Source: the human T2T-CHM13v2.0 reference genome, Homo sapiens. Taken from it: DNA of 64,000 nucleotides. The stretch is taken from assembly GCF_009914755.1 (NCBI RefSeq), contig NC_060928.1, one strand, 5' to 3'. Below are positions 1 to 12,592 of the stretch, piece after piece. The translations under genes were made by a program, and so were the position numbers. The notes beneath the pieces were generated by a model. It made no database searches and had not been told where the DNA came from. It worked only from the letters and a program-made list of their open reading frames with translations. The number at the start of each line of letters is the position of its first letter. Within the stretch, counting starts at the first letter, position 1.

Positions 1-49
1 AAGATACATTTTTCAGAACACATCCTTGTCGTTAAGCAGCACATGACTA
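1..49 (+). mobile_element. Terminal end of a Tigger3/Golem-type DNA transposon, cut by the window edge
   Basis: ATTTTTCAGAACACATCCTTGTCGTTAAGCAGCACATGACT resembles the Tigger3 end (...TTTCTCAGAACGTATCCCCGTCGTTAAGCGACGCATGACTG), recalled from memory. Confidence 0.65.
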
Positions 50-51
50 TG

Positions 52-113
52 TCTCTTGTTCAAGCCAACCAGTCCATGGTACTTGGTTATGGCAGCCCTG
101 GCAAATTAATACA
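52..113 (+). mobile_element. 3' end of a MaLR LTR (MLT1/MST type)
   Basis: TTCAAGCCAACCAGTCCATGGTACTTGGTTATGGCAGCCCTGGCAAATTAATACA parallels the end of the MLT1 LTR at about 36586-36640 in this window. Confidence 0.75.
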
Positions 114-239
114 GTCGATGAATGACAGTAAATGCAGTAAATGCTAAAAAAAAAAAAAAAAATGAACTGGAACAAGAGTCACCACTTCGAATGGAGTATT
201 AATCAGGAATATTAATCAGGAAGTGGCAGCAAATGAGCC

Positions 240-510
240 TGGGAAGATACACAAAGGACATGGGGACTTCTTAGCTTCATTGAGAAGGGCCTGAGATGCC
301 TGGCCAGAGTTCAGACTCAATCCTGAGCATGAAGGGATGCCACCAGAGGTTTTTAAGTGAGATTGAACATAAAAAGCTTACATTTTATAAAAGTCACTCT
401 GGCTGCAGTGTTGATTATTAGTTGTCTGAGAGCAAGACTCTTTGAAGCTGGGAGACCAGTCAGAAATTTAATCTAGATGAGAGATGATACCAACCTAAAA
501 TACAGTGAAA
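240..510 (-). mobile_element. L2 LINE fragment
   Basis: Degenerate L2 motifs TTTTATAAAAGTCACTCTGGCTGCAGTG and GAAGCTGGGAGACCAGTCAG; boundaries approximate. Confidence 0.55.
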
Positions 511-2411
511 ATGGGGGGAAAAAGTTTGGAAACGTAAATTTGAGTTATAATAAAGGAACAATGTGAGAACAAAGTTGTTAGAACAATCTCTGAGTCTCCT
601 CCACGCTGTCACATTTCCACCCCAGTGCTTAGTCTTCTCATAATAGCCATATTTGTAAGAGAAGGCAAATTCCGTTTTTATTAGTTAATATATTTGGCAA
701 CTTCTCCTAAGGCACCTGCCAACTCCAGTGTATCTCAGGCTTTTACTCTTGAACTCTGAAACCCGAGAATGCTAAATTAATTCACACTTCTAAGAAGAAC
801 ATGGATTGAGGCACATTCTATAATACCTATATTTAAACACTTCCCAGAAGTGTGCTATTTTGTATGTGTGAAAATTGCCAACACAACATTCACAAACCCT
901 CTTAACTTGCATCTCCAGCCTTGACGTCCCTGAAGAAGAATAAACTGCCTTCTAAATGTAGTTAGCTAAGAGAAAAGATTAGGAAAGGAGGAGTAGAGGA
1001 AGGAGTGGAAATGGGGGGAAAGAAAAGAGATTTTTACCACCCACTAGTTTGACTGTTTAGTCAATCTCTTTGTCTCAACAACCTACTTTTAGTGCATGAA
1101 AGATGTGGTTACTCTCTGAGACGAGAGTATAATCTCTGCTGGAAAGTATACATAGTCAGCGTGTCTGATTTTCTTAGGAGCTCTACCTTTGGACAAGCAG
1201 GAGTTAGCAAGAAGTATATAAAGTCAGTGAGTCTCACACATGGGAAAACTTTATTTGCCATCTATGAAATGTTCAAATATTAGAAGGATTTATTTTTATT
1301 ATCCTTTTCTTCAAAGCACTCCATTTTAAATGTCAGTAAGCTTTTCAACAATAAAGATAGATTTCAGCAAATTGCCAGTCAAGGTTTTTCTTTTATTTCC
1401 TGGGTGTTTCTTAATAAGTGGACTTATTGTAGCCCAGATGTCTGTCTGTCTAGTGGCCAGCCTTTTCATATCCACGATCATTTTCTCTCTCTCATCATAT
1501 TTCCCAACTACGCTTTACTGCATTTATCTTCTTAAACCATGTGTGACTTTCTATACCAGGAAATTTTCAAGGGAACATCACTTCATTTTGCTTCCAATAG
1601 AAGCCCAGGCACAAAGAGAAATGATAAAACTCTGGCCCCTGCTTTATTCATAAAACACTTTGCAGAGTGCATTTAGTAATTTGCCATTGTAACCACTGGC
1701 ACTAAGAGCTTTCAGGGCCGAGTTCTGATGCTGTATTTAGTTCATACTTTGACTGCTCAGCTAAAACTTCCATTTGTATGCATTTATTCTGCTTCACACA
1801 TTATGTTGTCAGTCACTTGCAATATTTCAAAGTCACAGCAGGCTTTTTCTGACACATATTTGTCAGAATGAACTGCCTTGATTGCTATTATTACAGACTA
1901 TAGTGCCTGAGTAAGGGGAAAAAAAACTTATGTAGTACCAGAATATTGAAACTGCCTAATAAAACAATAGATACAAGAGAATAAAAATAGAATAAATGCA
2001 TATAAATGGATGCTTTAAAAGGCCAACAAAATGCAGGATTACAAAATAGACATATAGAACCCAAAAACCCATTCATAAAAAGGATTGGAATTTTTTGAAA
2101 ATGATAAGGAGCCGAATGAGAAAATTCCACTGCCCCAGTGTCAGTGAGTAAGTGAGTATCACATACTTCCTTTCCAGTAACCAGGGATTTAAGTAGACTC
2201 TGCTAATGGATGCTGTCATTGAGAGAAATTTTAGCATGAAATCTCCTACTGAACAACAATAAAAACACATGCTTTGACCAAAAATAATAAAAACTATGAG
2301 GAACTAATTAGAAATCCAGATCCTTTATCATTCTTGATAAACTACTGAGCATGTAATCTGAAAAGACCTGTGCCCCATTTGGCTGCTCTTTTCTCTACCT
2401 TTTGATCTTAC

Positions 2412-2522
2412 CCATACTTCAGAACTGAACACCATATAAGTACCACAGAAATCCACTTGGGAATCAGGGAATTTCTCTGCCGATAGGGATGGCCCTTCCT
2501 TAGGATTCCTCAAATTTCAAGA
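2412..2522 (-). other. Candidate minus-strand exon C (111 nt)
   Basis: Acceptor tttaattttcttatcttatgctttatgcaag| and donor TGG|gtaaga; phase-0 frame begins TCT TGA and is otherwise open; no transcript evidence. Confidence 0.25.
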
Positions 2523-3896
2523 CTTGCATAAAGCATAAGATAAGAAAATTAAATAAGACATAATAATTAGTTTTCAAACCTCTTATCAAAAGTAAATTAT
2601 AAAATACAAAAATCTAAAACATTTTTATTAATGCCACAGATCAGTAGAACAGAAAAATCTAAGCTGTGTTGCTCTTGTCTTTGGGGCAATTATATAACTT
2701 TATGAATTTGCTTCACTTCATATGTTTCTCCACATATTTTCCTAAAGTAATATTCAAGAAATTATGCTGGACATGAAAAATCTCTAACAGATCCACTGTT
2801 TGGAAAATCATTTCTTTTTTTAAAAAAAGAAAGTTATGATGAAGAGTAATTATCAAAACTGGAAGAAATTATAAAGTAAGAAAATTGTAAAAGCCGAAAG
2901 ATAGGTCATCTACTTGCTTACTCTATTTCTAGAAATAAGATTTAATTCTTTCTAAAGATGTTGTGTTTAATCTGAATGTTATTAAGACCCCAAATTAAGG
3001 ATGACTCTTTTATTTCTGTTTGAATCTTTATAACAAAATATTAAAATTACTTTTGGAAAGCTTTAGGAAGTTTAAATTGTTCTAAATCCCTCATTGTCTC
3101 ACCTACTCATTGTCTTGGAACTTCTTACAAATATTAATGGCTTTTTGATGCATATTGATTCTTTATGTACCATATGACTAATAGCATAACTCTAGATGTA
3201 CACTCAGAAAAGTCATTACAGTGATATATACACCAATGGGATTCAGAAAGCATTTTTTTAATTTAAAAAATACCTTCATTAGCATAGTTTTCAAATTTGT
3301 AAACAAGTTTTATATTAAAAGCAATACCTTGTTGAATATTAAAATGCTGAGATACTTAAAAGAACTCAAAAGTTATGCAATATATATCATAAAAACATTA
3401 TATATATATAAATGTATCTTCAGTACATCAAGGCAAGTTTAAAACATTAACAATTTTATTAAAATATCCATTTTATTTGATAATAATAAAAATAATTGAT
3501 TCTAGGAGTCAATTATTTTTTCTGAGAAAAAAATAATTGTTTACTGGAGTCAGTAGTCATTCTACTAAATTGTTTCTATTTAATGTATTAGAACAGATAA
3601 ATGTATTTTGTCTAAGTGGGAACTATTTAAATATTAAATAAATATTTTCAACCTTAATTATATTCCACAGTCTATGGGGGCGTTGAGAATAATAAGTACC
3701 ATAAAGTGTAAAGACTGGGGGACAAGAAAAGCTCTAAAATATATTAGGTAATTTGTTTGTATTAATTAACCTATTTGCTATTTTTGAAAAATTATTGTCA
3801 GCTTAGATCTACTACAGATGATTATGTCTGTTACTAAATAAAGTAAATTTAGCCTATTCATCAACATGTAAATACCTATATCAAATAAGACAAATA

Positions 3897-4215
<319 letters not shown>

Positions 4216-5405
4216 AAATAATTCCAGCTGTCATTTCAATTGAATTTTCCATAAGAGGTTCAATTTTTTCTTGAGACTTTTTAACAGTATCCACAATTTC
4301 AGACAAGCTCACATGAGTTTGTTTTTTCAGGTAGTTTTAACAGTGTGATAAGATGGTTTACTGCCCTAGAGGGAAAAGGTGTCAATGTGTTATCAGTTGG
4401 TATGTTCTGGGCCTTTGGTATATATAGAAAGTCTGGCATTTTAGTAACTCTACCTAGGATAATATACATTGATAACATCTATTTAAGAATAAGAAATTCA
4501 TTAGCTAGCCCTACCTTCAGATGATATTTTATTCATATTTTTATTTCTTTTCACACAGTATTTCTTTATAAATCTCTGCTTCTACTTCTTAAGTATTTGT
4601 ATATTGGTAGAAACTCACTTTATCTTAATAATTATAATACTTTAATGTATTTAGAATATTGTATATCATATGTAATACTTAGGATACTGTACATATTTTA
4701 ACAAATAAGGAGTGAATACTGAAATTAAACTGTAGATTGACTAAATGAACCACTGTTATAGAGCTTCGGAGATACAGAGGAGCTCCCACCAAATCCTAAA
4801 ATTTTTCTCTACTTTAAATACTCTATCATGGAACTATTCGATTTGATGGGACATAAATCTTTTTATCGTAATGTCATCCTGGATAAAAACATGCACACAT
4901 GCACACACATAAAAACAAGCAAACAAAAAACCAAGTAATACTACACTCTTTGATTCATACCTGTGCACCAAAGGCTCAAGCGTAGATGTAGGAGGAAAAA
5001 AAAAACAAAAAACTGATCCCTCTACTTCCAGTCACTTCTGCCCCAACTTCAAAGAACTCAAACTCAAACCACTAGTTCTATTTGTTCGTTTGTTTTCTGT
5101 GGCTGAGTTCTTACTCAAAATGTTCTACTTAAGCCTCTCCTTGGGGGACTGTCTCCAAGCTACATTGAGGACAGAGTCTATAGCTAGATTGCCTAAGGTA
5201 CAAATTTCTTGTAGAACCCAATACAGCTGCCAATTTGCTTTTGAGGGCAATCAAGATGTTCATTAGTAATTGAGTTGAAACAGAGAGGAACTTCATTTGT
5301 ACTGAGTCAGTGACCTGGATCGTTTTCAGAATGAGTGTTGAGCTGAAATGGACCATTCATTTCTACTTCCATTGGGATCCTGTTCAAAAAGGTTATTGCT
5401 CTTAC

Positions 5406-5473
5406 CTTCTTCCAACAACAGTGATAGGAATTTTCAGAAGCAAAAAACAAGGTTTTATGTTTGCCACTTGTAT
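5406..5473 (-). other. Candidate minus-strand exon B (68 nt)
   Basis: Strong donor AAG|gtaaga, weak acceptor ataaatgttgccctaag|; open from phase 1 to phase 0 as (D)TSGKHKTLFFASENSYHCCWKK. Confidence 0.2.
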
Positions 5474-5764
5474 CTTAGGGCAACATTTATAATAATGGGA
5501 TTTTTAATCAATCTTAGAGCATAAAATAAACCCTATCATTTTAGACTGACCTGTTGGACTAATTTCAATGACTTTAGCTGGTAGGTAATTGAAATAGGAT
5601 GACAGTACACTGGGGTGAATAAGAGGTTTCAAAAATAGACAAAGATAACAATTAGACATATTTGGAGCATCAACAGAAGTTAGTATAAAATTACAGGAAT
5701 TTTAGAAATTAATAAAGAGGTCTTATTTATTTAATATTGAAATAATACCATTTAAATAATTTTA

Positions 5765-5995
5765 ATAGCAAAGGTCAATATAAGGCATGCTATCACCAAG
5801 CACTATTCTAAGAGCTTTATATACCTCTTGTTACTTGCAACTACCGTGTTTTACAAATAAAAAAAACTGGAGATTACAGAGGTTAAGTGACTTAAGTAGC
5901 TTACCCAAGATCACAAGAGCAGTATATAATGGAGTTGGTATTCAAACCCTTATAGTCTGGCTCCAGAGTCCATGCTCTCATCCCCTCTACTATTA
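5765..5995 (-). mobile_element. MIR SINE
   Basis: MIR core TTTTACAAATAAAAAAAACTGGAG...AGAGGTTAAGTGACTT...CCCAAGATCACA...TCTGGCTCCAGAGTCCATGCTCT. Confidence 0.75.
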
Positions 5996-8007
5996 CCAGT
6001 CTCAATGACTGGCAAAATAAGCCATCAGCATTATATTGCCTTCAGATTCTGAGTAGTTCTCTAGAGAATGAATGAGTCATAAGGGATGAGGATGCTTGGC
6101 TGAATAGTTTTGCCCCCATTATTAGAGGGTAAGAGCAATTTTAGAATTTCATAGTGTTCAATCTCCAGCGAATAGTTTTTATATAGGGAAACTGAACGAA
6201 GCAACTGAAAAAACTATTTTTACTCAAAATTTGTGCAAGAACTTGAGAGCACATGTTAACAAACCTTTGTAATCAGTTAGCAGAGCATGGCTCAGAGGAT
6301 AAGTTTTTCTCCACACTTCTGGGGAGACTCCAGGGCCCTGGAGCAAGCATTTGAACGGAGGCCTTAATGGACTTAAGGGCAGAGCCAGCCCAGTAGCAGC
6401 AGCAGCCCTGTCACCAGGAAGACAGTCTAGCGTAGCAATTTAGCAGCAGTGGCAGCAACAGCTAAGTTAAGGAGGCATGTTTACCAGGCTTCCAAGTTTT
6501 GAAAGGTCTTAGAATCAGGCAAAAAAAAAAAGTGCCAAAAACTGGAAGTAAAAGGGCCATATGACATCCCAAAGTCCAGAAGTGCATGTAAAATGTGCAC
6601 AGGTGATTCCCAGAATTAATTGAAAGGAAATTTACAGAGGCTGGAGGTCTCACACTTATGGGTGCATATGGACCAGATGAATACTGCTTGTTTATAAAGT
6701 TGTCGTCACACCTGGCTCCATTGTGGGTATAGGCTGAGAGACACAGATTATATATTCACCAACGAATTACTAGTATTCTTTCCCATACATCTTTTGGTTA
6801 TGTTCATCATATTATATTTAACTTAAAAAAATGTGTTAAAATTCAATTTGACAAATAAAAAGTTCTGAAATTAAAAGAGAAAATTTTAATTTGATAGATG
6901 TCAGGTCTTAAGAAGGGATGATGAATGGAAGATTATATTCCCTTTTTTAGATTTTTTAGATTTTGCATTCTGCCATAAATTTCCCTGCAGTGAATGATTG
7001 GCAGACTAGAATAAGACATCAGGAAGAAGAGATATAATGAAAGTTTAATAGGCAGATTGCAGACCCAAACATAGCTGAGTCATCAGTGGGAATTTCCATT
7101 GGTTTCTCAGTCTCTTTTAAATATTAAATTAAGCTTCACTGTTAAGAGGACTCAGTACTGAAGATGGGAGACCTAGTTCTTAAAGCGAAAATCTCATCAA
7201 GATATAAGATCTGACCCTTTTGTATTATATCATTTTCAATTAAGGTTTTAATGCCCTCTTTTCATAATGGAATCTCTAATTTACTTTAAAAAATTGCTTT
7301 CACATGACTCATTATTTTACATGAATACCAGCATTGGTATGATAATAGTGTCAGAAATAAAGCACTATTCGTGATTTTTTTTTTCTGATGCAGGGTTGGA
7401 GGCTTTTCTAAAAAAAAAATTTTTATAGAAGAAGACTTAAATAATTACAGTTGAATTTAAGAACATTATCCATATGAATTATTTCTAACAAAGAATATCC
7501 GCATGTGAAAAGTGGCGGGTATCCTGTATTTCTAGCTACATTTACTCAGTGTTTTAATGTCAGTTAAAATGCTATCCCAGTCAAAACAGCTCCTATACAT
7601 GTAAAATTATGGTTATTTCTCAAATTATACCATTTTAAAGTGAAACCACATTGAAATGATATTATTTTGATATGCCAGCAGATACATGTAGTCACCCAAA
7701 GAAGTTTTATATTACAGGTGCTTGAAGTCAGAAAAAGGAGCCTTTTTTATAATTTCATAATGAGAAAAAAAGGAAGTCAGAGAGGTACGATTTAATTCAA
7801 ATATACATTTGTGTATTAGAAATGATTATGGAGTAAATGCCTTATCTTATTATTTTGATTGAATCTTCTGTAAAGAAATATGAGAAATACTCTCTATCAA
7901 ATGGAGCAGTAGTCGCGTATCTGCCTCCCTCCCCCACAACATGTGAGTAAAAAGTTTAAAAATATATTTTAAGAATCAAAGTTTAAAATTATAAATATGT
8001 CAAAAAT

Positions 8008-8470
8008 TGTGACAGTCTGAGATCTTATATGACTTGCAATCTACCAAGTTAGCCTGCCACAGTTTCATAGATGCTAACAGAAGACTCAAGACTCCTGGGT
8101 CAGAAACAAGAGTTTATTATGCATAGCACAGGCAGCATGAGCCTTATGTTTTCACCAGTTCCCCTTGTCTCCAGAGCCCATGCAGATAATACAAAGACAG
8201 GCCCAGATGGATCCTGCTCACAGAGGGCATTTAGAAAGCCCCCAATCTTACACTGAGACTGTTAGAAAACCTGCCCAAACACTGCCCCAGAGGGAGATAT
8301 TATCTCTCTTATCCACAGGGGGAAAAAAAAAGCAAAAAACTGACCTCGCACCTGAAGAAAGGTACTACTATCTCCCAAGTGTGTTGGCTTTACAAACATC
8401 CTTGAAAAGAGTCCAGGATGAAAGTTGTCCCCAGATATGCAGAAATGAAATGGAGAATTGCATCCCAACA
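8008..8470 (-). mobile_element. Solo ERVL LTR, MER74/MER73-like
   Basis: TG...CA termini; reverse strand starts TGTTGGGATGCAATTCTCCAT and ends ...GGCAGGCTAACTTGGTAGATTGCAAGT...TCTCAGACTGTCACA. Confidence 0.7.
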
Positions 8471-8478
8471 AAATGTAG

Positions 8479-9120
8479 TAGTCAATCCTCATTATTCACG
8501 ATTCTGCATCTGAGAATTGGCTTACTCACTGAAAGTAATTTGTAACCTCCAAATCAGTTCTTGCATTGTTTTCATGGTCATTTGCAGAAATGCACAGAGT
8601 GGTGAAAATTTGAGTTTGCTCGATGCTTAAGTTTCCAGCTGAGGTCAAACAAGGTGATATTCTATCATCTTGTTTTAGCTCTCATGCAGTAAACAAGTAT
8701 CCTTTTTTCAGTGTCATGTTTTTTGCATTTTCGTGCTTTCTTTAGTTGGTGACTTTGCTTTTTAAAATGACACTGAACGGTGCTGAAGTGCTGTCTGATA
8801 CTCCTAAGTGCAAGAAGGCTGTGGTGTGTCTTATGGAGAAAATATGTGTGTTCAATAAGCTCATTCGCACTTGAATTATAGTGCTGTTGCCATGAGCTTA
8901 ATGTTTGTGCATCCACAATATATATTAAATAAGCCTTCTATAAACAGAAACATGCATAAAACAAGTTTACGGGTTAATCTGTTGATGAAAATGTAGTGAC
9001 CGAAGCCTCACAGAAACCTAACCCTGAATTTCTTGTAGGAACAATGATTGAATATCAGTGAATTCAGTGTTTGCAGTGATTTTATGGACTATCACTACCA
9101 TGAATAATGATAATCAGCTG
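8479..9120 (+). mobile_element. MER82 (TcMar-Tigger) non-autonomous DNA transposon, near full length
   Basis: Degenerate TIRs TAGTCAATCCTCATTATTCACG / CATGAATAATGATAATCAGCTG; internal CCAGCTGAGGTCAAACAAGG and GTGCTGAAGTGCTGTCT...AAGAAGGCTGTG. Confidence 0.8.
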
Positions 9121-9169
9121 TGTAGTCGGCACAAATGGCAGCACCCTTGCTTCCACTCTGGCTCTCTTA

Positions 9170-9800
9170 CAGTGTCATCAACAAAACAACAAGAGTGGTT
9201 CTTATTATATAAACCGTAAGTGAGATCATGGCTCGGTTCTCCTCAGAGCTCTTCTGTGACTTTCCCTCTAACTCAGAATCAAAGGCAAAGTTATCCCAAT
9301 GGTCCTACAGCATGTGGGCTCCCCGCCTTGCCAGCTCTTTCCCTGTGGCTCCTGACATCACTTCTTCCATTCCCCCCAACCCTTGCTCATTCTGTTCCAG
9401 CTACCTGGCTTCCCTGAGGTTTATGGAACATCCCAGGCAGCTTCCTGCCTCAAGACCGCCTTACTTACTTCTGCCTAAAAAGCTCTTGGATTTTTTTTTT
9501 CCAAATATCTAAATGGCTTACTCCTGCATTGCTTTCAGGTGTTTGCTAAAATGTCACCGTCTCACTGCGGCCGTCACTGACCAACCTACTTAAAGGCACA
9601 CGCCCATCCCTGCCAACTCTGGTTCTCTTCATCCCTCTTTCTGCTTTGTTGTTCTCTATGGCACCACCACCACCTGGCACACTATAAATATTATGTTTAC
9701 CTGTGTCCTTCCCATAATATGCAGAAATATTATGCAAATATTATGCAAACAATAGTCTGTTTTATTCACTGTGGTATGCCCAGTACCTAAAACAGTGCCT
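9170..9800 (+). mobile_element. L2 LINE 3' fragment
   Basis: L2 3' motifs including GTGAGATCATGGCTC and TTCACTGTGGTATGCCCAGTACCTAAAACAGTGCCT. Confidence 0.7.
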
Positions 9801-10861
9801 AAAAGTTTTTGAAATTTTCAGTGACTTTTTTTTGCAATAGAGTAAGCTCTATCTTGATCTGCTTCTAAAGACAGCACCAGAGAACATTTCTCTGAAACAT
9901 AAATAAACGTAGAGACACAGCTCAAAACTCTTGATCAGACTCAGTAAAGCTAGAAAGCTAATTGGAAAAAGGTAGCAGGGTGTTTTCAAGCTGTCTTGAA
10001 AAGAGATGAGTGGTGAATCTCTTCATTTTTAAATTGGGAGCAATGTTTGTAGTAGCATGAGAGTTTATATTAGGCTATCAAAATAAAAAAATGACTTAAA
10101 CCCTATTAACTCAGAAAAATGTTGTCTCTGTAATTTCTTTGTCTAATAGTACCAGATCAAACTAATCCCTCATGAAGGAAGAAGAGTGCTTTTCCTTGAG
10201 AAAACAAAACAATTAGATTCTAGCTAAACTGCCCACAAAACACGAAATGTTTCATTTAACTAAGTGAGAAGACATAGCTTGTTTAAATCCTAAATAAAGA
10301 AGCAGTCTCCATTAATGGAAGGCAAGTCCCTTACAAGCATGTTTCTCTCTGCACCTAAACAGGTATCAAGCGAACTCATTGTGCTTCCTCATATTGCCAC
10401 AGAGAGACACAGATAAATGGAACAAATGCCAGGCAAACTTTGAAACGGTTTGATTTGATGTTAACTCTAATTCTGAGTTTTACCATCAGTGGTTCTCTCA
10501 TGCTATCATAACCCAAATTTCTCTAGGCCTTGCCAATTGAGGAATGCAAACAAGGCCATATCATCATCAATGAGAACTTCAAATTCACTGCTTCATGTCC
10601 CACAGCAGAACATAGTGCCTACAGCCTCCCTTCAGTGATTCATACAGTTATGGAGGTATTTTGAGTGCTCATGAAGAGTCCTCTTAAGATTTCTCATCTA
10701 ATAATGTGTCCCCCAAAACCATTTGAGAGTCACATTTTGGCTGCCCAGGCTCAACTATAACAATGCACAGCCACACCAACGGTGCAAACCTTTGGGAGCT
10801 GAAGCAGAGCCAGTTTCCCCACAGTACTCACTGTGTGTCCAAAATACATATGTATGTATTA

Positions 10862-10898
10862 TGTGTGTGTATGTGTGTGTGTCTGTGTGTGTTTGTGT
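10862..10898. repeat. Imperfect (TG)n microsatellite
   Basis: Read directly from the sequence. Confidence 0.9.
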
Positions 10899-11369
10899 AT
10901 AAATAGAATATGACCCCAGAGTAAGAGGGTTACTGTAATATGAAGGAGGTAGCGGACAGTGTAGGCTCTAAGGATCAGGCAGTGCTTCATGAAGGAAGGA
11001 GCATTTACGTAAACCTCAGTCTATGGGCCAGATATACATATCATCAGTGTTATTATGGAATTTTTGGCTAGAAAAACGTTTCTTCCAGTTTTTCTGATTC
11101 CTATATTTCAAGAAGGCAATCTCTAAAACTTTGAGTGTATTAGTGAATTCACATGAAAAACTTATCATATAAAAAGTAGTTACCCAGGGTATCTCAGTGA
11201 GAAAATGTGGGAGATTGCTTTAGTGTATGCTATGTGGGATCATCTTTCTCATACATCACCTGGCTTAAACATTATTTTTTTCAAACGTATTCGGATTTTA
11301 TGGAACCTGGATTCTAGTGCTACAAAGGACAATATAAGATAAGGGAGAAAATGAGTGGAATGAGTTGTG

Positions 11370-12055
11370 GATCAGGACTTAATAATGTATATACAGTGGT
11401 CAAGGATAAACTCTCTAATATGTGAGCAGAAACCTGAACAGGTGAAGGAGCAAGCCATGCAGATGCCTGCAAAAGAGCATTTCACACAAAGGGAACAGCA
11501 GTGCAAAGGCCCTGAGGTAGAAGCACGATTTCATACTCAAGGAACAGTAAGCAGGCAGAGAGCAGAGAGGGAGGGTCACAGGAGTGGAAGTCAAAGAGGT
11601 GGCCCAGGGCCAGATCATTTACAACTTTAATAGCCAGTGCCAGGGCTTTGCTTTAGAGTGAGTAGGAAGGCACTACAAAGTTTTGAGCAGAGAAATGGTG
11701 CTATCTGAATGAAGGTTTAAAAGGATCACAGCAGATGCTCTGTTATGGTAAACTGTAGTGGACAAAGTGGAAGCAGACAGTTTCATGTGATATATGGCAA
11801 TGACTTGGACCATAAGGGCAGCAATGTGAAGTATGTGAAGTGGTCTGATTCTGAATAGCTGAGACAGAATTTGCTAACATGTTGGATGTGGAGTCTGAAA
11901 GAGAAGAGCCAAGTATGACTCCAAGTTTCTTGGTTTGAACAACTAGAAGGGTAGAGCTGTCATCTAATGAGATAAGAGGCCTACAGGAAGAATATTTTGG
12001 GGTGGGTAGGGACGTGAAAATTGGGAGATCAATTCTGGACGTGGGACGTTTGAAG
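11370..12055 (-). mobile_element. L2 LINE fragment
   Basis: GAGCAGAAACCTGAA...AACAGCAGTGCAAAGGCCCTGAGG...TTTAAAAGGATCAC...ATGACTCCAAGTTTCTTGG. Confidence 0.75.
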
Positions 12056-12064
12056 CTGTGGAGT

Positions 12065-12245
12065 ATACATAATTTCAGCTGGACCTGCCTTTGCTTTGCA
12101 GTTTATTAGCTGTGAGATCTTGGGCATTAACTCAGCACTTCTGAGACTCAACTTTCTTATCTGTATTATGAGGATGATAGAACCTAATGTGTAAGTTAGA
12201 GTTGTGAGAATTCAACAAAAGAAGAGGTATAATGTACCTAAAACA
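12065..12245 (+). mobile_element. MIR SINE
   Basis: TTATTAGCTGTGAGATCTTGGGCA...TCTGAGACTCAACTTTCTTATCTGTA. Confidence 0.65.
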
Positions 12246-12448
12246 CAGATTTTAAGAGAAAGTAAAATGAAACAAAATCAAGTATTAAGTAAGTGATTAG
12301 TAATTTGTGTTTATCAAAATCATCATGACAGTAGGTGTGGGGTTTCTTATAACAGTAGAAGAATTACTTTTAGGAAAATTTCTATGACTGTGGTTTAATG
12401 AAATGAATTCTAATTAAACACTTAAGAAAGGGGATCCCCATTGCATAC

Positions 12449-12592
12449 CATCCAGTTTCAACTTGTCTTTTATTTTTAATTCCTTTTCTGGGTTTACTAT
12501 GGTCAGTATTCTCTGCTCTTCCATAGGTATGTCAGTTGTTTTCTCATCACTTGGCAAGAAAGCTAAATCTTCAGTCAGTTTGGTAGAGATTT
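12449..12592 (-). other. Candidate symmetric phase-1 exon A (144 nt) in unique sequence
   Basis: Acceptor gcatttattgctttgtacag|, donor ATG|gtatgc; purine-rich and open: (E)ISTKLTEDLAFLPSDEKTTDIPMEEQRILTIVNPEKELKIKDKLKLD; protein not recognised. Confidence 0.4.

Noticed and set aside
197-222. Short tandem duplications: TATTAATCAGGAA x2, and similar ones near 9725, 35024, 36692, 39394 and 53698
   Set aside because: Ordinary slippage products
765-781. GAGAATGCTAAATTAAT is also found at 31877-31893
   Set aside because: AT-rich 17-mer with little flanking extension; plausible by chance in 64 kb
6300-6720. GC-richer island with CAG-like runs
   Set aside because: Probably a decayed DNA transposon; I could not assign a family or a coding frame
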